From: Patescibacteria group bacterium | GTDB lineage: Bacteria; Patescibacteriota; Minisyncoccia; UBA6257; 2-01-FULL-56-20 | Reading direction: 5' to 3' | Assembly (NCBI GenBank): GCA_038063055.1 | Contig: JBBTVY010000004.1 | Span: forward strand, 1-53,581 | Length of the DNA stretch: 53,581 nt | Shown here: positions 40,610 to 47,893 of the stretch, piece by piece | Numbering within the stretch: position 1 is the first letter of the stretch | Layout of the letters: every line of letters starts with the position of its first letter | Position numbers and translations under genes: made by a program | Notes under the pieces: model-generated | Database searches by the model: none | Told to the model about the DNA's origin: nothing | Seen by the model: only the letters and a program-made list of their open reading frames with translations

Positions 40610-40831
40610 ATGGTAAACAACGGGCCGGATCCCAGTCGCCGCGAAGGGTTGGTTGAAGAAGCGCTTCCGGGAATGACTTTCCGCGTTCGTCTGGACGGCG
40701 ACACTGAAACTGTCTTGGCTTACTTGAGCGGCAAAATGAGGATAAACCATATCCGCATAATGCCGGGCAACAGAGTCATCGTAGAGATGGGTCCTGACGG
40801 CCGCCGCGGAAGAATAGTCCGCCGCCTCTGA
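40610..40831 (+). CDS. infA: translation initiation factor IF-1
   Basis: I start it at ATG 40610. [42 protein letters not shown] is the S1-like IF-1 core. Confidence 0.9.
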   Translation: MVNNGPDPSRREGLVEEALPGMTFRVRLDGDTETVLAYLSGKMRINHIRIMPGNRVIVEMGPDGRRGRIVRRL

Positions 40832-41060
40832 ATTTATGCAGTTGAGCGGCATAGTTGGCGGGAATAATCGCGCCGTTCGTCTGCCGGCAGACAGGCGCGA
40901 AATTGTTTTTTTAACGTAGGATGAATAAAAAAATGAATCCCGTTAGAGACAATTAGAAATAGAAACAACACTTGCCGAATAAATCGCACAAAGTCGTTAA
41001 AATAAAAAATTAATTTACATATCACGGATGTGTTGAAAAACACATCCTGTCTTTAACGGG

Positions 41061-41174
41061 ATGAAGGTCAGAAGTTCAATAAAAAAAATATGTAAGGGCT
41101 GCAAGATAACCAAGCGGCGCGGTCGCCTTTACGTCATTTGTAAAAATCCCAAGCACAAACAGCGGCAAGGATAA
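41061..41174 (+). CDS. rpmJ: 50S ribosomal protein L36
   Basis: I translated this by hand because it is below the ORF-track size cut-off. The product is [37 protein letters not shown]. Confidence 0.93.
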   Translation: MKVRSSIKKICKGCKITKRRGRLYVICKNPKHKQRQG

Positions 41175-41209
41175 CAAATAGAATCTAGAATATTTTTAAA
41201 TAAATTACC

Positions 41210-41593
41210 ATGAGACTTTTAGGAATAAACATTCCGGACAATAAAAGAATAGAAACGTCTTTGACTTACATTTATGGCATCGGTTTGTCGAGAAGCCGGC
41301 GCATACTCGAAGTTTCCAAAATAAGCCTGGACAAGAGGACTAAAGAACTTAGTTCGGACGAAATAAACAAGATTAAAACATTGATAGAAAAAAATTATCA
41401 GACAGAAGGAGAATTGCGCCAGATAGTCAGAAAAAACATACAGAGCATGAAAGAACTGCAAACGTATCGCGGAACAAGGCACGCGAGGCGTTTGCCTGTC
41501 CGAGGACAACGCACCAAGACCAATTCCAGGACAGTAAGGGGCAATGTGAGAAAAACAGTCGGCAGCGGCAAGAGAAAAGTTGAGCTGAAATAA
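41210..41593 (+). CDS. rpsM: 30S ribosomal protein S13
   Basis: It has the N-terminus RLLGINIPDNKRIETSLTYIYGIG and YRGTRHARRLPVRGQRTKTN. Confidence 0.96.
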   Translation: MRLLGINIPDNKRIETSLTYIYGIGLSRSRRILEVSKISLDKRTKELSSDEINKIKTLIEKNYQTEGELRQIVRKNIQSMKELQTYRGTRHARRLPVRGQRTKTNSRTVRGNVRKTVGSGKRKVELK

Positions 41594-41599
41594 TCCGAT

Positions 41600-42043
41600 A
41601 TGGGAAAGAAAAAAGTAGTTCAAAAACCGGTTGACGGGGCCAAAAAAGACGGCGGGGCCGAACCTTCCGCCAAAAGCGTTTCCAAGAAATCCAAGGCCGT
41701 TCAAAAAGGAAGGATTTATATAAACGCGACCTACAACAACACCATGATTACGGTTACGGACATGAAAGGTAACGTGCTGGCCTGGGCTTCGGCTGGTTCA
41801 CTCGGTTTTTCCGGGCCCAAAAAGGCGACCCCATTCGCGGCTTCCAAAATTGTTTCCGTTATCGCCGAAAAAATGGCTCCTTTGGGCATGACCGAAGCGG
41901 AGGTTTTTGTCAGGGGAGTCGGCAGCGGAAGAGACTCGGCTCTCAGGTCGTTTATAAACAGGGGGCTTAACGTTTCGCTTATTAGGGACAGAACGCCGAT
42001 TCCGCACAATGGTCCTCGTCCGCCCAAAGCCAGAAGAATTTGA
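41600..42043 (+). CDS. rpsK: 30S ribosomal protein S11
   Basis: It has IYINATYNNTMITVTD..GNVLAWASAGS.GF.G and IRDRTPIPHNG.RPPK. Confidence 0.96.
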   Translation: MGKKKVVQKPVDGAKKDGGAEPSAKSVSKKSKAVQKGRIYINATYNNTMITVTDMKGNVLAWASAGSLGFSGPKKATPFAASKIVSVIAEKMAPLGMTEAEVFVRGVGSGRDSALRSFINRGLNVSLIRDRTPIPHNGPRPPKARRI

Positions 42044-42077
42044 TTATTGTTAAAGATTCCATATTCTAAACTTAATT

Positions 42078-42695
42078 ATGAAAGGACCAAAAGAAAAAAA
42101 AGAACGCTCGCTTGGCGAGCATCTTCATCTGAAGGGCTATAGATGCCAGTCGCCCAAGTGCGCGCTCGTCAGGCGTCCTTTCGGGCCGGGCCAGCATGGG
42201 CAAAAGCATAAAAGGAAATCGCTTTCCGATTTCGGACTCCAGCTGAAAGAAAAACAGAAATTCAAATTGAGTTACGGGCTCGACGAACGCAACCTTAAAA
42301 GGATTTTCAAGGAGGCACAAAGAAGCAAGGGTTCGAACGTTGAAAAATTGATTGAACTGGTTGAACGCCGCCTGGACAATGTTGTCTTCAGGCTCGGCCT
42401 TGCTTCTTCTCGTTCGCACGCAAGACAGCTCATAATACACGGGCACGTTTTTGTGAATAAGACGAGAGTGCGCTCCCCGGGATTTTCAGTAAAGGTCAAC
42501 GATGTTGTCCGGGTAAGGGAAGAATCAAAAAACAAATCGACCTTCAAAGACCTGAAGGAAAACCTCAAAAACTACGAACAACCCTCCTGGTTGCTTCTCG
42601 ACAAAGAAAAACTTGAGGGCAGGGTTTTGGAGTTGCCGAAGGAAGCGGAACTTCCCGTCGAAGTAAATTTATTGGTCGAATCGTTTAATAAATAA
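42078..42695 (+). CDS. rpsD: 30S ribosomal protein S4
   Basis: It has LERRLDNVVFRLGLASSRSHARQLIIHGHVFVN (S4 domain). Confidence 0.95.
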   Translation: MKGPKEKKERSLGEHLHLKGYRCQSPKCALVRRPFGPGQHGQKHKRKSLSDFGLQLKEKQKFKLSYGLDERNLKRIFKEAQRSKGSNVEKLIELVERRLDNVVFRLGLASSRSHARQLIIHGHVFVNKTRVRSPGFSVKVNDVVRVREESKNKSTFKDLKENLKNYEQPSWLLLDKEKLEGRVLELPKEAELPVEVNLLVESFNK

Positions 42696-42711
42696 TAAAA
42701 TAAACAAAAAT

Positions 42712-42745
42712 TTTCTAGATTCTACTTTCTAGATTCTAGATTCTC
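42712..42745. repeat. 7-nt-periodic array (ttctaga/ttctact) in the rpoA 5' UTR
   Basis: The sequence is ttctagattctactttctagattctagattctcg. Confidence 0.8.
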
Positions 42746-42752
42746 GTCAATC

Positions 42753-43565
42753 ATGAACTACACTTATCTAAGCGAAACAATAGGAATAAAAACGGTTTCC
42801 GAAGACGCAAAAAAGGGAATATTTGAAATAGAAGGCCTTTATTCCGGTTACGGTCTTACGATTGGCAACGCCATTCGCAGGGCTCTACTCTCTTCGCTTC
42901 CCGGGGCGGCGGTAACATACATAAAAATAAAAAACGCCCAGCATGAATTTTCCACCCTGCCTGGCCTGAAAGAAGACCTGGTCGATTTAACGCTTAATTT
43001 CAAAAGAATACGCTTTAAAATGCACACCGACGAGACTCAAATACTTACCCTTAAGATAAAAGGCGAAAAAGAAGTTACGGCGGGGGACATAAAAACCAGT
43101 TCCGTCGTGGAAGTGGCCAATCCGGACGAACACGTTGCCTCCATGACCTCCAAGAACGCCGAGCTCGATATTGAAATTACGGTTGAGAAGGGTTTGGGTT
43201 ATTCGTCCGTCGAGTCGAGGAAGGAAAAAAAGCTGACTGTCGGCCTGATAGGAATCGACGCGTTTTTTTCGCCGGTCAGGAAAGTCAATTACACCATTGA
43301 AAACATGCGCGTCGGCGAACACACCGATTACAACCGTCTCCGAGTCGAGATAGAAACCGACGGCACTGTCAGTCCGTCTTCCGCGCTCCACAAAACGGCG
43401 AACATACTTAACGACCACTTCCAGAAAGTTTCAGCCGTTCAGGTTCAGGAATTTGAAATGGCCGGCGCAAAATCTTCAAAGCATACGAAGAAAGAAAAAG
43501 AAAACGAAGAAACTCCCAAGAAAAAAGGACGTTCCCCAAAAAAGAATGTAGAAAGTAGTAAGTAG
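42753..43565 (+). CDS. rpoA: DNA-directed RNA polymerase alpha subunit, N-terminal domain only plus Lys-rich tail
   Basis: It has GYGLTIGNAIRRALLSSLPGAAVT and the NTD insert/dimerisation regions. The protein ends at 270 aa with KHTKKEKENEETPKKKGRSPKK and has no alpha-CTD. Confidence 0.92.
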   Translation: MNYTYLSETIGIKTVSEDAKKGIFEIEGLYSGYGLTIGNAIRRALLSSLPGAAVTYIKIKNAQHEFSTLPGLKEDLVDLTLNFKRIRFKMHTDETQILTLKIKGEKEVTAGDIKTSSVVEVANPDEHVASMTSKNAELDIEITVEKGLGYSSVESRKEKKLTVGLIGIDAFFSPVRKVNYTIENMRVGEHTDYNRLRVEIETDGTVSPSSALHKTANILNDHFQKVSAVQVQEFEMAGAKSSKHTKKEKENEETPKKKGRSPKKNVESSK

Positions 43566-43636
43566 AATGTAGCGGAATAAATCCCGTTTAACTATAAACT
43601 TCTACATTCTACATTCTACATTCTAATTTCTAATCT
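43547..43636. repeat. inverted 7-nt-periodic arrays (gtagaat / attctac) spanning the rpoA stop to the rplQ start
   Basis: The arms gtagaaagtagtaagtagaatgtag ... cttctacattctacattctacattctaatttctaat are complementary. Confidence 0.8.
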
Positions 43637-43637
43637 T

Positions 43638-43991
43638 ATGCATCACCGCAAAAAGGGCAGAAAATTTCACCGCTTAACGGGCAGGAGAAAATCGTTTCTC
43701 AGAAATCTTGTCGGCAATTTGGTGCGCGACGAGAAAATTGAAACTACTGAAATAAGAGCGAAGGCGATTCGTCCGTTGGCGGAAAAAATGGTTTCCATAG
43801 CCAAAAAAGGCGACCTTGCCGCGCGCCGTCTTCTTTTGCGGCGCTTGCACGATAAAAACATTGTTGGAAAACTTATGGAAACCATAGGCCCACGCTATAA
43901 AGAAAGAAAAGGCGGTTTTACCCGCATAACAAAGTCGGGCAAAAGCAGGAAGCGCGACGGGACACGGGTGGCTTTGATTGAATTCGTGTAA
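43638..43991 (+). CDS. rplQ: 50S ribosomal protein L17
   Basis: It has MHHRKKGRKF.R....R..LLRNL and GGFTRI. Confidence 0.95.
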   Translation: MHHRKKGRKFHRLTGRRKSFLRNLVGNLVRDEKIETTEIRAKAIRPLAEKMVSIAKKGDLAARRLLLRRLHDKNIVGKLMETIGPRYKERKGGFTRITKSGKSRKRDGTRVALIEFV

Positions 43992-44010
43992 ATCTGGTAA
44001 AACATTTCAA

Positions 44011-44355
44011 ATGGAACACGTTATCGACGCGAAAAACAAAAAACTCGGCAGATTGGCTTCCGAAATCGCGGTTATATTGCAGGGCAAAAAATCCCCTGAT
44101 TACGAACCGCGGCTTGTCGGCGCGGATAAAGTCGTCCTCAAAAATTACCGGGAAATAACCCTGACCGGAAAGAAATTCAAAGAAAAAAAATATTATCGTC
44201 ACACGGGCTACGTAGGACACCTGAAACAGCGAAGTTTTGAAGAGGCTTTCAATAAAGACCCGAAACAGGTTATCCGCGAAGCCGTACGGAGGATGCTTCC
44301 CAAAAATTTTTTAAATAGTCGCCGCATGAAAAAACTGGTGTTTGTCGAATCATAA
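44011..44355 (+). CDS. rplM: 50S ribosomal protein L13 (short form)
   Basis: I start it at ATG 44011. IDAKNKKLGRLASEIAVILQGK, YYRHTGYVGHLK and AVRRMLPKN are present. Confidence 0.92.
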   Translation: MEHVIDAKNKKLGRLASEIAVILQGKKSPDYEPRLVGADKVVLKNYREITLTGKKFKEKKYYRHTGYVGHLKQRSFEEAFNKDPKQVIREAVRRMLPKNFLNSRRMKKLVFVES

Positions 44356-44358
44356 AAA

Positions 44359-44787
44359 ATGACCAAAAAACAAGAAATCGCCCAAGCCCCCAAAAAAATC
44401 GAGAGATATTTCGAGGGCGTAGGCAGGCGCAAAACCGCGGTTGCTCGCGTCCGGATAACCAAAGGCGGAGGAACGGTGGTTGTCAACGGAAAGAAAGCCG
44501 GGGAGTATTTCAATACGCCGCTGTTCGGGCAAATGGCTTCTTCCCCGTTGGACAAACTGGCTATTTCGGATAAGTTTAACGTCAGCGTCAAAGTTTCCGG
44601 CGGCGGAATTAACGCGCAAGCAGAGGCCGTAAGATTGGGCCTTGCCCGCGCATTGGTTGTTTTCGATTCGGAATTGAAGGGAAAACTCAGGGCGTTTGGG
44701 TTTTTGACGCGCGACCCGAGAATGGTTGAACGCAAGAAATACGGTTTAAAGAAAGCGAGGCGCGCTCCTCAGTGGAAAAAACGATAA
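44359..44787 (+). CDS. rpsI: 30S ribosomal protein S9
   Basis: It has GVGRRKTAVARVRI, GGGINAQAEAVRLGLARAL and LTRDPRMVERKKYGLKKARRAPQWKKR. Confidence 0.96.
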   Translation: MTKKQEIAQAPKKIERYFEGVGRRKTAVARVRITKGGGTVVVNGKKAGEYFNTPLFGQMASSPLDKLAISDKFNVSVKVSGGGINAQAEAVRLGLARALVVFDSELKGKLRAFGFLTRDPRMVERKKYGLKKARRAPQWKKR

Positions 44788-44807
44788 TTTTACTCCAACT
44801 TTTTTTC

Positions 44808-44857
44808 CACCCCGAGATTACCTGCCCTGAGCCGAGTCGAAGGGTCGAACGGGTGGA
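44808..44857. repeat. family-A repeat, intergenic, opposite orientation (after rpsI)
   Basis: The sequence is ccaccccgagattacctgccctgagccgagtcgaagggtcgaacgggtgg, with complementary ends ccaccc/gggtgg. Confidence 0.75.
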
Positions 44858-44893
44858 AGAAGAGATAAAATTAGCGAATACGGATATATAAAT

Positions 44894-44924
44894 AAAAGAA
44901 GCCGTTTATATGACGGCTTCTTTT
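44894..44924. terminator. bidirectional intrinsic terminator between convergent rpsI and PEGA genes
   Basis: An aaaagaagccgt-ttatatg-acggcttctttt hairpin has A/T runs on both sides. Confidence 0.75.
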
Positions 44925-46257
44925 ATTTGGGAAAAGCCAGTTTTCTTAATTCGTTATCTTTTATGAAGTAAAAGATATTCTGCCGCGGGTCGTAATGGGC
45001 CTGATTTCCGGACGCGATTACCGGAAAATTCTCCAAACTTTTGTCGTTAAGGTCCAGAAATCTCGTTTCTTGCGGATAGATAACGAAAAGATGGTTTTTG
45101 TCGGCGTACCATTCCAGCCGCAATATTTTTTCGTTTTCAGGAAGACGGAATCGCCAATAATTATTTTCCGAGTTTAGCGAAAAAATTTCCACCGCCTGAT
45201 TTTCCAGTACGGCTGCCATGCTGCCGTCGGGCGAGAAAACGAAATTTCTGGCGTCACTCGCGGTTTTTTCGTGCTGGCCTGCCTGCGCGGACAAGCCTCC
45301 GTTCGAGCTTCCGATATAGAAACCGCCGTCGTCCTGAAGAATTCCCAGCCCTTCGTCGTTTCTGAAACCAAGCCCCACTGTTTTTCCGGGCAGCTCGAAC
45401 GCGTTCCGGAAAGAACGCGAATCCCGCTCGTAAAACCATACTTTTGATTTTTCGTTCTTGGCATCTGAGCTCGACCAGGCTATCCAGGACTTGGAAACGG
45501 CCATTTTTGTTATTGTCGAACTGGAAGAGATTAATTGGGAAATTTCCCGGTTAACGACATTTAGTGAAAAAATTTTCGTTCCGGTTCTCAGAATGACATT
45601 GTTCGCCAAAGCGGGATCTACGGTTATTTCGTAAATATTCGACGGGTTGATTCCGGAAGCGCTCAGTTTTTGATTTAACGCGGTTGAAGTTGGGGTCGAA
45701 CCGGAAAAATAATTTAGAAAATATGTTTTAGCCGCCGCGTTTTTTGTCAGGACGGTTTTTGAGCCGGAATTTTGCCACAAAACGTCGCTGCCCGAAATTT
45801 TTTCTCCGTTGAGAAAAAGCGACTTTCCCGAATCAATTATAATTTGGTCATTGTCGGCCCAGAATCTTTTGGCCGTACCGACATAAACCAATTCGGATTT
45901 TTTAGGAATCAAAACCGCATATTTTATTTCTGAAACGAGAGAAGAGTTGACCTGCACGTGTTCGACCCAGTCGAGGTAGCCGTCTTCCGAAAGGGACAGA
46001 TTGTAATTTTTGGGGAATAGATTCCCGATAAACCTGCCGCGGTCAAGCAGTCCCGGTTTTTTGTCGATAAACTCGCCGTTCAGAACTATTTTGGCGTTAT
46101 CGGGAAAGCTTCTTACGTATATTCCTCCAACCTTCTTTAATCCGAACGTTTCGTAATCGAAACGCCAGCCTTGGGCGTAAAGAACGGCCGTGACCCCGGC
46201 CACGACGAAAACCGCGCAAAGCCCGTAAAAAACCGATTTTCTGGTCTTTTTATTCAT
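44923..46257 (-). CDS. membrane-anchored PEGA-domain protein with a probable beta-propeller-like C-terminal region
   Basis: An N-terminal TM is followed by SFPDNAKIVLNGEFI...YNLSLSEDGYLDW, a PEGA-type fold motif. Confidence 0.65.
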   Translation of the reverse strand: MNKKTRKSVFYGLCAVFVVAGVTAVLYAQGWRFDYETFGLKKVGGIYVRSFPDNAKIVLNGEFIDKKPGLLDRGRFIGNLFPKNYNLSLSEDGYLDWVEHVQVNSSLVSEIKYAVLIPKKSELVYVGTAKRFWADNDQIIIDSGKSLFLNGEKISGSDVLWQNSGSKTVLTKNAAAKTYFLNYFSGSTPTSTALNQKLSASGINPSNIYEITVDPALANNVILRTGTKIFSLNVVNREISQLISSSSTITKMAVSKSWIAWSSSDAKNEKSKVWFYERDSRSFRNAFELPGKTVGLGFRNDEGLGILQDDGGFYIGSSNGGLSAQAGQHEKTASDARNFVFSPDGSMAAVLENQAVEIFSLNSENNYWRFRLPENEKILRLEWYADKNHLFVIYPQETRFLDLNDKSLENFPVIASGNQAHYDPRQNIFYFIKDNELRKLAFPK

Positions 46258-46414
46258 TAATCTACTGATAATAAACGTATTTTTATGTTTTGAAAATGGC
46301 TTTTATGCCAGGCAGTGCCTGCCTGCCGGCAGGCAGGGAAATTCGATTAGTTAATTATGCAGTATAATTTTTCCGCCGGAGGCGGATCTGCCTGAGGCAT
46401 GACACTGCCTGGTA

Positions 46415-46423
46415 TGCTATAAT
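46415..46423 (+). promoter_or_regulatory. extended -10 promoter element TGCTATAAT
   Basis: This is a perfect TGnTATAAT. I found no good -35. Confidence 0.55.
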
Positions 46424-46429
46424 ACAAAC

Positions 46430-46585
46430 AGTCCTGCTTAGAGTTCGGATCAAACAATTTTGTCAGGGAGGGCAACAGCGCTCCGATGTAACGTCGGAGT
46501 TGAGTCCACCCACTTGGTTTTAAAGCCGGGCAAAATCTAAGCGGGACCACAAAAATCGTCCGTTGAAGCGGACGATTTTTGTTTT
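46430..46585 (+). ncRNA. candidate ~120-nt structured small RNA plus terminator, class unknown
   Basis: A 12-bp closing helix pairs gtcctgcttaga (46431-42) with tctaagcgggac (46536-47). An apical hairpin is ctccga-tgtaacg-tcggag. A strong terminator aaaaatcgtccg-ttgaa-cggacgattttt follows at 46551-46580. No credible ORF is present. Confidence 0.5.
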
Positions 46586-46588
46586 ATT

Positions 46589-46654
46589 TCGCCCCGCCAC
46601 GGGCGGGGCACTGAATTTTCCAGCCAATCGCTTCGCTCTTGGGAAAAATTCGTG
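46589..46654 (-). repeat. conserved two-hairpin trailer module, copy B (after tRNA-Pro(GGG))
   Basis: Its reverse complement matches 35381-35446. The few differences lie outside the stem pairs, including the loop of the gccccgcc hairpin. Confidence 0.7.
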
Positions 46655-46725
46655 TCGGGGTGCGGAGAATCGAACTCCGACTACAACCACCCCATGGTCG
46701 CGTACTACCGTTATACTACACCCCG
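46655..46725 (-). tRNA. tRNA-Pro(GGG)
   Basis: Manual cloverleaf: CGGGGTG/CACCCCG, anticodon loop ATGGGGT. Confidence 0.9.
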
Positions 46726-46734
46726 GTAAAATTT

Positions 46735-46777
46735 AGGCTGGCAAGTGTCCTCGTACTGCCACTATACTACAGCCGCC
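46735..46777 (-). pseudogene. tRNA 5'-half fragment (Pro-like D-arm) upstream of tRNA-Pro(GGG)
   Basis: GGCGGCTGTAGTATAGTGGCAGTACGAGGACACTTGCC shares TGTAGTATA..GG.AGTACG with the Pro tRNAs. It has no T-arm or 3' acceptor strand. Confidence 0.55.
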
Positions 46778-46892
46778 AAGCGGCGCAAATTCAAAATCCG
46801 AAGCGCCAAATTACAAACAATATCTAAATCTCAAATTTCAAATGTTTGTGATTTGTAAATTTTGAATTTGTTTAGGATTTAGAAATTAGAAT

Positions 46893-47081
46893 TTAGGATT
46901 TACGCTGCTTATGCAGCGTTCTAAGGCACTGGGTGCAGATAAGTTTGCGAACGCCGCCTGTTTTGGTCCACTGGAGATTCGGATACTTTCTCGATTTGGA
47001 AACGGGATTATAGTGGCCCCGGAGAAGTCTTCTTCTTCCTCCCATAATCGAGCCTTTCCCGCAAATTGAGCACTGTCTCAT
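46893..47081 (-). CDS. rpmB: 50S ribosomal protein L28
   Basis: It has MRQCSICGKGSIMG...VSKS.RK..PNLQ. Confidence 0.9.
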   Translation of the reverse strand: MRQCSICGKGSIMGGRRRLLRGHYNPVSKSRKYPNLQWTKTGGVRKLICTQCLRTLHKQRKS

Positions 47082-47084
47082 TGT

Positions 47085-47166
47085 TTAGAATCTAGAATCT
47101 AGAATTTAGAATTTAGAACATAATAACTTTCTACTACATTCTACATACTACTTTCTACATTCTCGT
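47085..47166. repeat. 7-nt-periodic arrays (tctagaa, tttagaa, attctac) upstream of rpmB
   Basis: The sequence is tagaatctagaatctagaatttagaatttagaa ... ctttctactacattctacatactactttctacattctc. Confidence 0.8.
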
Positions 47167-47168
47167 TT

Positions 47169-47666
47169 TTATTCGACTTTGACTTTAAGTTTTTTCGTCT
47201 TCTTTCTGGTAAATTTGGGGAGTTTTACTGTCAGAACGCCGTCTTTGAAGTTTACCGTGGCGCCGTCCGGGTCTACTTCTTCCGGAAGTATGACTGACCT
47301 TGAAAATCGCCCCCAGTAGCATTCCTGATAGAAATAGTCTTCTTCTTTGATTTTTTCGTTATGGCGGCGTTCGCCCCTGATGGTTATCGAATCACTGGAA
47401 ACGTTTATATCCAGGTCTTCCGGTTTGACTCCGGCAATCGCGGATTCGACGACTATTTCCGTCGGCGTCTGGTAGACGTCAATGGTAAGTTTTCCCTCCG
47501 TTTCCGGAATGTTGTCCGTGAATTTAGGCGTTAACGCGATTTCTTCCGAATCGGCCTCGTCGTCGTTTTCTGGTGAAGCCGGCGGACTCGCCTCGCCGGA
47601 GCCTCGGCGAAGCGGGCGGCCGCCCTTGGTCAGATTTTCGAAAAATTGTTCTTCGGAGTTTGACAT
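47169..47666 (-). CDS. Hsp20/alpha-crystallin small heat-shock protein
   Basis: It has LTIDVYQTPTEIVVESAIAGVKPEDLDINV..ITIRGER and DGVLTVKLPK. I prefer ATG 47666, but TTG 47681 is an alternative start. Confidence 0.9.
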   Translation of the reverse strand: MSNSEEQFFENLTKGGRPLRRGSGEASPPASPENDDEADSEEIALTPKFTDNIPETEGKLTIDVYQTPTEIVVESAIAGVKPEDLDINVSSDSITIRGERRHNEKIKEEDYFYQECYWGRFSRSVILPEEVDPDGATVNFKDGVLTVKLPKFTRKKTKKLKVKVE

Positions 47667-47730
47667 GCCAATTTTACCCAAGAGGGGTGATTAAAATTAT
47701 AACACAGCCCGATTGGCTGTAAAATTGAGC

Positions 47731-47836
47731 ACCGAGCACATAAATTTAAAACGATGACCGATTATAAATCGTACGTTGATGCCTGTAAATTCTTGATTAT
47801 ATGTTTTGATTGATTTCATAAATTTATGTGCTCGGT
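47731..47836. promoter_or_regulatory. perfect 18-bp inverted repeat with 70-nt spacer upstream of hsp20
   Basis: The arms are accgagcacataaattta (47731-48) and taaatttatgtgctcggt (47819-36). Confidence 0.5.
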
Positions 47837-47893
47837 AAAGGTTTTGTCATCAAAAATTCTTCGGCGTTACCTCGAATTTTTGAACAAAGCCCT

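Noticed and set aside
46430-46550. Calling the small-RNA candidate an SRP (4.5S) RNA
   Set aside because: I could not find the conserved helix-8 features (GNRA/GGAA tetraloop, AGCAGC / GGUCAGG loops). The apical loop is a 7-nt tgtaacg. I left it as class unknown.
42712-47166. CRISPR array interpretation of the tctagaa/attctac repeat clusters
   Set aside because: The repeat unit is 7 nt with no unique spacers. The arrays are under 90 nt and scattered, and no cas genes are present in the window.
47731-47836. CIRCE/HrcA operator upstream of hsp20
   Set aside because: The CIRCE consensus is TTAGCACTC-N9-GAGTGCTAA. Here the arms are 18 nt, the spacer is 70 nt, and only a GAGCAC word is shared.
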